A stretch of DNA of 30,370 nt, from positions 1 through 30,370 of IMG/VR virus record IMGVR_UViG_3300038492_000247; one strand, given 5' to 3'. The stretch is from a virus. Lineage: Duplodnaviria; Caudoviricetes. Under the pieces are notes generated by a model. That model was not told the origin of the DNA, ran no database searches, and worked only from the letters and a program-made list of their open reading frames with translations. The position numbers were made by a program, and so were the translations under genes. Shown one piece after another: positions 1 through 8,471 of the stretch (the first letter of the stretch is position 1; every line of letters starts with the position of its first letter).

Positions 1-3000
1 GAGGGAGGCTTATCGATCGCCATCAAGGCGTTGTAGACCTCGGTGGGAACCTCTAACCACTGCGTCTTGCCTTGCTGTTCTTGGAGGAGGCGCTCATGGG
101 CAGGGTCCCTGGCAATCCGCTTGATCTCCTCAGGCGTCAATCGGGGAGTGTAGGCAACGATGTTGTTCTCCCCTGCCGTCATCGTTTTCTGGGTGAAAAG
201 CGTGACGGTTTGTTCGTTCAGCTCCCCAATGTCGCGCAAAGAGGACAGGAGGGTCTCAAACTCGTGTTGCCTATCACCCGGTAGCTCAACACCTCTCTCG
301 ATGGCGTTGAGGATCTCCATCATCGGATGATCGCTTGGCACATTCTTTTTCGGAACGATCGTTGCCAAACCACCACCCTCATGGCGCGCAGCGAATGTGT
401 AGAGCGCTCCCATCACCTCGTTCTGCCGCGCTCGATTGATCATCGAAGCGGCGAGGCCCTGCATGGCGACAAGGGGATCCTGGATCTCTAGCGTGCTACC
501 CTTGGCGCGACCGATGCCTGTACCTGCCTCAGCAGTCCTGCGAGTGCCACCTGGACCTCTGCCACCCTCCATGACACGGAAGAAGGGAACGTAGAATGCG
601 TAGGCATCCTTGATGTTCTGCGCACTCTCCCTGGATAGGTTGCCCTCCTCGGCTACCCAATCGACCAACGCATCCATCCAGTCCTTGACGCGCTGCGCAG
701 GCTCCTGCATATCCGAGTACTTACGGACTGTGGCAAGGTAGTCCTGTGGGGGAAGTCCCCCTGGAACTTCTCTCCCCTTGGCGTGCTCGGCCAGGGCGCG
801 CTGCGCAATCATAAAGTCACGTAGGTCTAGCTCGCGCCCCCTAACCGACCCGAGAACCTCCGCGAGCCCTGGAACAGTAACACCTTCAGGAGTCTTGATC
901 CCCTGCATGATGAACCGGTTGGCAGTCTGGTTCGCAGTGAGATTGCGAGCGTGGTAGACCCGTGATGGCCTCTCTGTGATCTCCACGTCAGCCGGGTCGA
1001 TACCCGACTTCTCCATTACCTCCTTCTCCAAACGGATCACCTCTGCCATCTCGTCTAGGAGCAGGCGATCCGCGGACTCAAGAACACCCTTGTCTCTGGG
1101 CTGCTCCCCAACAACCTGACGCACACGTGCCGGGCCACCGGAGTCGATGAAACGCTGAGCCATCCCTTGGATGCGCTGATACTGCTGACGCAAGGAAGCC
1201 TGGGATGGCTCAGCCAACCAACTCCGCATGAACTGGCTGATAGCTGGGTACTGAGTATCTAGGGTGGCGTCACCAAGAATGTTGCGAGCATGCCACTCGG
1301 ACCACGTCTCCTGCCACTGACGACCAGGGCGTAGACTTTCTGCACCCTCGTACTCTGCAAGGATTCTGGACACCTCCTCAGCGATACGAGGATCCCTCTC
1401 CATCGCTGCCCGCATCTGGGCCTCGGAAGCCTCGCCAAAGCGTTGGCCTAGCTCTCCGAGAACTTTGCGGTGCATCGCATGGGACCACTCATGGGCACCG
1501 GTGATCAAGTCCAGTCCGGACTCCGTACGGGCCAGGTTCTCGTAAACCCGGTAGACACCAGCTGGACCACCGGTCCGACCCCTTCTAAGGGTGGTGCGTA
1601 CAGGATCCCCTGGTTTAGCGCCCACTCTCTTGGCAGTGAACGGAATCCGAACACCTGCCCGGCCTGGGCGCCCCTCCATCTCGCTGAAGATGTCCGATAA
1701 CCGGACAGGTTCTACGCCTTCCCTACCCTCTGTAGGGAAGATCTCTACATCGCGACTGCTCTGAGGCATCTCGGGAGCCCGCAGCTCCTCCTCGACCTCC
1801 CCAGTAGCCTCCTTCTTGGTGCGTAGACGACGCTGCTGGCCGGCCCCTGTGCGGCCTGGCTTGGGCATGGCCAAGCCACCCTCACCGATGTCCAATCCAG
1901 CCCTCTCAGCAGCTCGCTGGGCTGACGGAGATCGATCCCCGGGGGAATCCAAACCCTCCGGGTGTCGCGCAGATAACTCCTGCAAGACTTTGCTATATAA
2001 CCCCTTACCTCGATGCTGCTCCGCAATCTCAGCACCCCAAATGTCTGCCTTGCCGCCCTTCGACTGGAACGATCCGGAGCCGATCACCTCCCCCTCGGCA
2101 TTCTTGATCAACCACTCACTAGCCCCCACTTGGCCCTCGGACTCCCGGATCTCTAGCTTCAAGCCTGGAGCGATCTCCTTGGCGCCCTCTGCTTGCCCCT
2201 CCAGACGACGAATCTCGGCAATGGCCTCCTGACGGGCCTCCGGAGTTTTGGCCTTCTGAGCCCTCTCACGGGCCCTCTCAATGAGCTGCTCTCGACTTAG
2301 TTGCGGATGAACCCGTCGCTCCCTGGCCTTGTCGTAGATCTCCCGGTAGGCCCGATCGATCTCTGCCATCTTTTCCTGGGTCCACTCCTGACCCCGTTGA
2401 GAACGATCCCTACCTATGTTCTCGGTCAGCTCCTTGTAGGCGGCATCAATTTCCCTAAGTCTGTCCTGGGTCCAGGGTTCTGCATCCTTGCCCAGAGCCT
2501 TAGACAGCTCGCTGGCCCGTTCCTTGACCCCTTCGAACCGAGTTCGGATCTCATCGACCCGTTCCTGAGTCCACTCAGGCGCCTTCTCTGGAGGCTTGGC
2601 CCGCTCCTGTAGCTCCTTGTACCGACTTGACACCGCGTCAAGTCGCTCCTGAGTCCACTCACCCTTGGGGATCTCTCCACGCTCTGCGAAGGCTTCGACC
2701 TCCTTCTGAGCCTGGTTCTCCAAGCCAAGCTCCTGAACGTCCAACCGTGACTCAGCGTCACGCATCCGCTGCTGAGCCTGCTGCGCCTCAGCAGGCGTCT
2801 GCGCTCGCCTGGTCGCCTGCGAAGCTTCGCCCACCTCACGAAGAAGGTTGAGGTCCTCGGCCGGGGTGCGCATCAACTCTTCAGCTGTCACCTCATCCCT
2901 GGCTACACGCTCCGCAAACTCCTGACGCTGACGCCCACCAAGGACCTGGTCCAGAGCCATTTGCCCTGGGGTATCCTGAGGCATCCGGCCCATGTTCTTG

Positions 3001-4511
3001 AAGAGCATCATCCCCACAACGTTCTTCATGTAGGTCTGGAAGGTGGTCTCATTGGGATCCTTGAGGAAGTCCCAGAGCACCCCCATCTCCGCGGCTTCCA
3101 AGGTGCCAAACCCTAGACCCTCGACACCTGCACCGACCGTAGCTGCCAACCGCTTCGGCATCTTCTTCCAGTTGCGGAGGTAGCGCTCCGTGCCACGACC
3201 CATCGCGCCGATGCCCATCAACACCGGGCCTAGCGCCATGCCGTGCATGTAGGACTTCGCGAACCCTTCATGGCGACCGAAAGCAATCGCCTCCATTGCT
3301 CCGTTAGCAGCTGCGGCACCAACAGTGCCACCAAGGATCCTAGTGATCTTCTTGGCCCTAGCCGCGCCAGCAGTTCCCTTCATGCCAAGGCTACCAAGAT
3401 AGCCAAGGCCTTTAGAAGTAAGTTGGCCACCTAACTTCGCACCGATGCTCATCGATGCTCCCGCAGGCAAGCCAAATCCAAACCCCATGCCTGCGATGCG
3501 ACTGGCCCCGAATACCACGTTCTGGAACCCGTTGCGGTTGGCTACCTCCAGCTCCTGGGCGCGCCCCATCTCCCTGGCCGCAACGTTGACGTTCTCCCCA
3601 GTCGCCGCAGCCATCATCATCGACATACGCTGGTAGAAGCCTGGAGTCTTCCCACCGTTGTGCCAGATCTCCCCGTTCGGACCAACCATGTAGTTGCTAG
3701 CGGGGAAGCCAAGGGATGGGCCGCCGAGTGCGCGTGCACCGCGGTCAGCCAAGTCCCACACACCCTCCACTAGGTTGATCGGAAACTCCGTGGCCCCTTC
3801 TACCAACTCTCGTACCGGAGTAAGGGCGTTGCCAACCACGCCGTAGTCCAACTCCTGCTCACCACTGGCTAGGTAGCCGACACCACCGCCTTGCGCCTCC
3901 CGGTTCAACCACTCCATGTACTTCCTAGTCTTTGGATGCGTGAACACAGAAGCCTGTGGATCGATAGCCTTCATGGCCTGATCGATCTTGGTCGCCATTT
4001 GCCGGATGTCCGCAACCCTGTTCGGATCAACCGTGATCGGCTCTAACTGCGTTGAATCGTTGGCGTCGAACTTCGCTTCGTTGCGCTCTCTGTAGAGGTC
4101 AGCAACCTCGTTCATGAAGCCCTTGATGTCCTCTAGACCCTCCGCCTCCATGACCTCGGCAAACTTCTGCTCCTTCTGCCACATGTGGATGAAGCGGCGC
4201 TCCATCTCCACCATTGGATCGACCATCGATCCGATCGGACGCGTCTCCCTGGACGGATCTCCTCCCTGCATCAACGCTTGTACTGACGCCATTCCCGCCT
4301 GCATTCGCTGCTGCTGGAGAGCTCGATTGCGGGCTCGCCAATTGCCTGACTGGGTGGCCGCTTGAAGCTCTTGAGAAATGCTTTGAGCCTCGATATAGTC
4401 CCCTAGGGATCCAGCCGTCAATTGCGGCGCTTGCTGTTGCGGCGCCTCTGGGGGGCCCTGAATCTCCGGCTCAGTTCTCGGCGCGCCGCCGCTCAAGCTC
4501 AGATCGGACAT
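1..4511 (-). CDS. Large polyvalent / internal virion (ejection) protein, >1500 aa, 3'-truncated; GNAT-like and zincin metallopeptidase-like domains
   Basis: Absent from the ORF track, consistent with having no stop in the window. Manual translation from ATG at 4511 (GGAGG upstream) gives MSDLSLSGGAPRTEPEIQGPP...; the same frame reads sensibly at 1470-2130 and at the edge (..GKTQWLEVPTEVYNALMAIDKPP). Motifs: EQHRGKGLYS (GNAT motif A), GAHEWSHAMH (HExxH), and YVPFFR in an LPD38-associated-like region. Last gene of a podovirus virion module. Confidence 0.85.
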   Translation of the reverse strand, partial: MSDLSLSGGAPRTEPEIQGPPEAPQQQAPQLTAGSLGDYIEAQSISQELQAATQSGNWRARNRALQQQRMQAGMASVQALMQGGDPSRETRPIGSMVDPMVEMERRFIHMWQKEQKFAEVMEAEGLEDIKGFMNEVADLYRERNEAKFDANDSTQLEPITVDPNRVADIRQMATKIDQAMKAIDPQASVFTHPKTRKYMEWLNREAQGGGVGYLASGEQELDYGVVGNALTPVRELVEGATEFPINLVEGVWDLADRGARALGGPSLGFPASNYMVGPNGEIWHNGGKTPGFYQRMSMMMAAATGENVNVAAREMGRAQELEVANRNGFQNVVFGASRIAGMGFGFGLPAGASMSIGAKLGGQLTSKGLGYLGSLGMKGTAGAARAKKITRILGGTVGAAAANGAMEAIAFGRHEGFAKSYMHGMALGPVLMGIGAMGRGTERYLRNWKKMPKRLAATVGAGVEGLGFGTLEAAEMGVLWDFLKDPNETTFQTYMKNVVGMMLFKNMGRMPQDTPGQMALDQVLGGRQRQEFAERVARDEVTAEELMRTPAEDLNLLREVGEASQATRRAQTPAEAQQAQQRMRDAESRLDVQELGLENQAQKEVEAFAERGEIPKGEWTQERLDAVSSRYKELQERAKPPEKAPEWTQERVDEIRTRFEGVKERASELSKALGKDAEPWTQDRLREIDAAYKELTENIGRDRSQRGQEWTQEKMAEIDRAYREIYDKARERRVHPQLSREQLIERARERAQKAKTPEARQEAIAEIRRLEGQAEGAKEIAPGLKLEIRESEGQVGASEWLIKNAEGEVIGSGSFQSKGGKADIWGAEIAEQHRGKGLYSKVLQELSARHPEGLDSPGDRSPSAQRAAERAGLDIGEGGLAMPKPGRTGAGQQRRLRTKKEATGEVEEELRAPEMPQSSRDVEIFPTEGREGVEPVRLSDIFSEMEGRPGRAGVRIPFTAKRVGAKPGDPVRTTLRRGRTGGPAGVYRVYENLARTESGLDLITGAHEWSHAMHRKVLGELGQRFGEASEAQMRAAMERDPRIAEEVSRILAEYEGAESLRPGRQWQETWSEWHARNILGDATLDTQYPAISQFMRSWLAEPSQASLRQQYQRIQGMAQRFIDSGGPARVRQVVGEQPRDKGVLESADRLLLDEMAEVIRLEKEVMEKSGIDPADVEITERPSRVYHARNLTANQTANRFIMQGIKTPEGVTVPGLAEVLGSVRGRELDLRDFMIAQRALAEHAKGREVPGGLPPQDYLATVRKYSDMQEPAQRVKDWMDALVDWVAEEGNLSRESAQNIKDAYAFYVPFFRVMEGGRGPGGTRRTAEAGTGIGRAKGSTLEIQDPLVAMQGLAASMINRARQNEVMGALYTFAARHEGGGLATIVPKKNVPSDHPMMEILNAIERGVELPGDRQHEFETLLSSLRDIGELNEQTVTLFTQKTMTAGENNIVAYTPRLTPEEIKRIARDPAHERLLQEQQGKTQWLEVPTEVYNALMAIDKPP

Positions 4512-5922
4512 CCTCTCGCCTCCACTGGTTCTGTTGCTGCCGACGAGACTCTGCGGATCCAGCAAGGTACTTGGACTGCTCTTCCTCTTCAGGCGTCATT
4601 CGTCGCTGGGCAATCTGATCTGTCACTGGTTGACCTTGTTCATCCATCCCCTGACGAAAATCGTACTGAGATTGAGCAGCCTGACTCTGTGCTGCGGGCA
4701 TCCCACCAAACGGTCCACCAGGACCCTGGCCCTCCAAAACCATTCGGGCGGCCATCCGATTGATGAAGATGTTCTTGGCCTGAATGGAATCGATACCCAT
4801 CCACTGCGACATACTCATCCCCATCAACCCTGCTGGAGTCGAATCTAGGATTCGCATAGTGTCGTTGACCATGTTGGATGCCTGTTCGAACTCCTGCATC
4901 ATCGGAGATGTGCGATCCACCTCATCCCCCGGCAACGTGCCTGTCGCCTGGATAAACTCCAATCCTTTCTTGGAAATGTGGGCTCTCAAGAACTGCTGAA
5001 CACGAGGAGTCCATCTCTGAAGCTTGAGATCATTCTGCAGATCACCATGCATCGAAGGATCAATATCAGCGTCCTTCGCCATCTTCTTCATGGCGCGCCA
5101 ATCGTCCGCGGAGTTCTTTCCCTGCATGAACCGATTGAACAAATTGGCCTCATGCTTGATCGGAGTCAAAAGTCGATTGCGAGCCGCCTCCATCGCCTCC
5201 TTGTCTTGCTGCAACCTCGCCTTCTCGTATGACTGAGCGACCTGAGCCGTGTACGCCTTTTGACGCATGCGCTCATTGACCAACTTCTCAGCTCTAGCTT
5301 GCCTGTCAAATGCAGCTTGCTCTTGTGCCGCCGGAGTAGGTGAGAATGGGCGGCTAACTCCACCCCCCATCTCCATCGGCTGCTCAGCTTGTCGCCGCAA
5401 GTTCTCTTGCTGATCCGGTGGGAGTCCTCCAGGCTCGGGAGGACCCTGCAAGGGTCCTCCCCCAGTCTGCTGCCTACCTCTGTCCATCTCAGACTGTAGC
5501 TCAGCCTGACGCTGTTGAAGTAAGGGAGACTGCGGCGTGGAGGAAGGATCACGTTGGAGCCCCCTCGCCGCAGCCTCCATGTCAACACGTTGTTGACCAA
5601 GGGCTTGACGACCCGCTTCCGCTCGCTCTCGGAAGTCCTGTTCTCGCGTCGCCATTCCCTCCTTGAATTTCTGAGCACGATCCTGGCGCTCCCCCTGGGC
5701 TCGCTGAGCTTCTTGCTGCATTTGCTGCTGCTCATGAGCCATCATGTTCCGAGTAACACGCTGACCAGTCTCTGCAGCATCTAGCGTCCCTGCACGGCGT
5801 TGCTGAACGAGCCTCGCTGTTGCTCTCTCACGAGCCTGGTTACCGGAGTCAGCCGCACGCATCATGCGGTCGCTCTGCTGACCTGCTCCACCGCCAATCT
5901 TCGTCTTACTCGTTCTAGCCAT
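4471..5922 (-). CDS. Putative internal virion/ejection protein
   Basis: Q/R/E/M-rich helical protein. Start moved to ATG 5922, which forms a TGATG overlap with the upstream stop. Lies between the tail genes and the large polyvalent protein. Confidence 0.6.
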   Translation of the reverse strand: MARTSKTKIGGGAGQQSDRMMRAADSGNQARERATARLVQQRRAGTLDAAETGQRVTRNMMAHEQQQMQQEAQRAQGERQDRAQKFKEGMATREQDFRERAEAGRQALGQQRVDMEAAARGLQRDPSSTPQSPLLQQRQAELQSEMDRGRQQTGGGPLQGPPEPGGLPPDQQENLRRQAEQPMEMGGGVSRPFSPTPAAQEQAAFDRQARAEKLVNERMRQKAYTAQVAQSYEKARLQQDKEAMEAARNRLLTPIKHEANLFNRFMQGKNSADDWRAMKKMAKDADIDPSMHGDLQNDLKLQRWTPRVQQFLRAHISKKGLEFIQATGTLPGDEVDRTSPMMQEFEQASNMVNDTMRILDSTPAGLMGMSMSQWMGIDSIQAKNIFINRMAARMVLEGQGPGGPFGGMPAAQSQAAQSQYDFRQGMDEQGQPVTDQIAQRRMTPEEEEQSKYLAGSAESRRQQQNQWRREDVRSELERRRAEN

Positions 5923-6749
5923 CAGAACCACCCTGTTGATGCCGCAGAACCGCCTGCCTGGGCAGCGCCTCCTGCAGCCATGGCGACGTTGCCTGTTGCC
6001 AACCCAGCTACGCCGATACCAATGCCGGACAAGAACTGCCCCCTAGCCTGCTTCTTCGCCAACCGTTCCTGGCGACGTTGCAACTCTTGAGCAATGTCCA
6101 GCTGCTCCTTCTGAATGAAGTAGCTGAAGTCCGCAGCCTCGTACTCCTGATTCGCGTACATGTCCGCAAGGCCTTGGTAGAGACCCTGCTGAAGCGAGGC
6201 GAGAGAACCCCTGGCGTTGCTCTGAACCTGGCCAATGCCTGTCTGTAGCGCCGCAATACCCTTCTGCTGCTGTGCCTCATTCTGCTGCCTGGTGATAGCC
6301 TGGCTGATGTAGTTCATCTTCGCCGCGGCTTCGCCCAAAGTGACGGAACCACCGCTAGCAGCGGCCAGCTGCTCCGGCGTCATCATCAGGTTGCCAGACT
6401 CATCGACCAATCGACCGCGCCCGATTGGCAACCCATAGCGCTGAGCCAAATTGCGGGCCATCTGATCCAAATTGGTCGAACCACCAGTCTGCTGGTTCGC
6501 CAACTGAGGTTGACCAAGCTGCGCTTGTTGAAACTGCTGCGAACGAACGTCGTAGCCGATCCCCCCGTAAGCAGACTGCGCGTTCTGGACGTTCTCATAC
6601 ATGTTGTTGAGAGACGTCATCTGCTGCTGGAGACCAGTAGGGGGGAGGCCTTGCGCCTGTTGCGCAGCAGCCTGCGCCGGCTGTGTCGGCGCAGGCTGAG
6701 GTGGTGGATTGGCGCCGGTGTTTTGAGGCGGAATTGCAGTTGTGCTCAT
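5922..6749 (-). CDS. Putative internal virion/DNA-transfer protein
   Basis: 275 aa, Q/A/G-rich, with a Gly/Ala hydrophobic C-terminus (GIGIGVAGLATGNVAMAAGGAA) typical of ejection proteins. Coupled overlaps at both ends. Confidence 0.6.
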   Translation of the reverse strand: MSTTAIPPQNTGANPPPQPAPTQPAQAAAQQAQGLPPTGLQQQMTSLNNMYENVQNAQSAYGGIGYDVRSQQFQQAQLGQPQLANQQTGGSTNLDQMARNLAQRYGLPIGRGRLVDESGNLMMTPEQLAAASGGSVTLGEAAAKMNYISQAITRQQNEAQQQKGIAALQTGIGQVQSNARGSLASLQQGLYQGLADMYANQEYEAADFSYFIQKEQLDIAQELQRRQERLAKKQARGQFLSGIGIGVAGLATGNVAMAAGGAAQAGGSAASTGWF

Positions 6750-6970
6750 TACGGCTCCAGCGCAGTCACTCGACTATCGAGTGACTGCAGTTCATCCACG
6801 ATCTCCTGAAGGTCCGAGCAGAGCGCTTCCAGCACCCTACTCGCCCAGTTCTCCAAGGATTGTTCGTTGATCTGATTGCTGGTCGAGGACTCCTCGCCCA
6901 TCGGTTGGGGAACCGACTGATAACGGAACGGCTCGATGCCGCAGATGCGTGGAGGATCCGTAACAACCAT
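6749..6970 (-). CDS. Small hypothetical tail-associated protein with C-terminal coiled coil
   Basis: 73 aa with TGATG and TAATG overlaps on either side; ends LQEIVDELQSLDSRVTALE. Confidence 0.7.
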   Translation of the reverse strand: MVVTDPPRICGIEPFRYQSVPQPMGEESSTSNQINEQSLENWASRVLEALCSDLQEIVDELQSLDSRVTALEP

Positions 6971-8262
6971 CAGGCTAACCTCGATACCACTAGTGAAGCA
7001 TTGACGACGCCTAGGGCATCACCATTGCTATCAGCCGTCCAGAACACCTCCAAGTTCTGGCTCGCGGAAGTTACGTCGATAATCCCTGTTGCTGCCGAAT
7101 GCCCAACATCCGTTCCAGTTCCCAACTTCCTCTGGAACTCGATCTGAGTCTGATCCACACCATTCCATCGAATCCGGACAGTAATCGTTGAGTTGTTGGT
7201 TCCCGTGTACGACATGTTCACCGTCACTAGATACATGCCAACGTTATCGATCGTGATCTGGTCGTTGGCCTGATCGTTGGTCATGTTGCGAGACTCACCG
7301 TTGTTCGCAAACTGAGTCACCTTCTCATAAGTGCCAGCCGTGGTGATCGTCTGACTACCAGCACCGCCCTCCGTATAGATCTGACCATAGTCTGATGGGC
7401 CGACGCGGAGCCAGTCTGTGCCGTCACTGACTTCTAGCGAACTCTCGTCTGAGGTGTGCGCTTGCAAACCATTCGTAGGAGATGCAATTGCATCGCGCTG
7501 CGCGTTAGTCATCACCGGAGGCAAGAAACCCCGATCAGTGCTGATGACAGAAAACTGAGCAGACGCAGCTGGACTATTCGTTGCAACAGCGACCCGGCCC
7601 GTCGAGTCAATCACAAAGTCTGCTGTAGCTGCTGATGGATGCCCGGAAGGAACGATTTTGAACTTGTCGCTATCGCTATTATCGATACCAACAGCAAACG
7701 TCCCCCCACCATTCACATCGTACTGAGTGTACGGATCGCCAACAGCCCCAAGTACTCGACAGATAAACGTTGCAGAGTCGAATCCTGCTCCATTGCTACT
7801 GTTCTGGCACAAGAAGGAAAGCGCCCCACTGGCTACAGTCCCCTCCACTCGAATCCCATCTACGTTGTTGGTCCGACTACCAACCGCGATGTTTACAGCA
7901 TTGCCACCAACAGGAATCGTCGTAGGCACAACGTTGACTCTCTCACCAACATTGAAAATGCCAGAAACCGTGGATGGTGCAGCTGTCTCCAAAAAGTTGA
8001 CCGTAGCGTCGCTCTCGATGATCAAGGCATCGATACCACCAGTTGTCACCTGAACTGGTTCAGTGTTCGCGCTGGTTCCTACGTTCAGGTTGGTGATGTT
8101 GAAAATGTCAAAGCCGCCGCCATCGAGATCCGCGGTCATCGGGTTGTCTACGCCACCACCTCCACCAGAGATCCCCGTAACCTTCAACGCACCGTTGATG
8201 ACCTCGACCTCGCCCTTGGAGGCAATGCCTCCCTTGATAATGAGTGATCCACCACCAGCCAT
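6970..8262 (-). CDS. Tail fibre / receptor-binding protein
   Basis: 430 aa, G/T/N-rich beta structure. Fibre-type motifs MTADLDGGGFDIFNI, FAVGIDNSDSDKFKI and STDRGFLPPVMTNAQRDAIASP; C-terminal C1q/BclA-like segment (ITIDNVGMYLVTVNMSY). Confidence 0.75.
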   Translation of the reverse strand: MAGGGSLIIKGGIASKGEVEVINGALKVTGISGGGGGVDNPMTADLDGGGFDIFNITNLNVGTSANTEPVQVTTGGIDALIIESDATVNFLETAAPSTVSGIFNVGERVNVVPTTIPVGGNAVNIAVGSRTNNVDGIRVEGTVASGALSFLCQNSSNGAGFDSATFICRVLGAVGDPYTQYDVNGGGTFAVGIDNSDSDKFKIVPSGHPSAATADFVIDSTGRVAVATNSPAASAQFSVISTDRGFLPPVMTNAQRDAIASPTNGLQAHTSDESSLEVSDGTDWLRVGPSDYGQIYTEGGAGSQTITTAGTYEKVTQFANNGESRNMTNDQANDQITIDNVGMYLVTVNMSYTGTNNSTITVRIRWNGVDQTQIEFQRKLGTGTDVGHSAATGIIDVTSASQNLEVFWTADSNGDALGVVNASLVVSRLA

Positions 8263-8333
8263 TACACTAGCACCACCTTCAAGGCCCCATTGATGACCTC
8301 AACCTCGTTCTTGCTTGCCGTGCCACCCTTGAT
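8179..8333 (-). repeat. Two copies of a 60-bp coding module (8179-8238 and 8274-8333) spanning a gene boundary
   Basis: IKGGIASKGEVEVINGALKV versus IKGGTASKNEVEVINGALKV, 18/20 aa identical. Confidence 0.9.
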
Positions 8334-8471
8334 CCGACTCTCCCCCGCTCCACCCGTCGGCGTCCCCGCCACGTTGGTAATCTTGAGTGACCCGTTCAGG
8401 ACGAGCGCCTGACCCTTCGTGGCAGCTACACCACTCCGAACCTTGCCCTTACTCTTGTAGTCGCTACTCAT
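8262..8471 (-). CDS. Small two-repeat protein homologous to the tail fibre N-terminus
   Basis: 69 aa with ATGA and TAATG overlaps; two ~21-aa modules joined by a G/T/P linker. Confidence 0.8.
   Translation of the reverse strand: MSSDYKSKGKVRSGVAATKGQALVLNGSLKITNVAGTPTGGAGESRIKGGTASKNEVEVINGALKVVLV

Noticed and set aside
8179-8333. Repeat pair near the tail fibre as a diversity-generating retroelement TR/VR
   Set aside because: Differences are mainly synonymous and not adenine-specific, the repeat is N-terminal, and there is no reverse transcriptase in the window.
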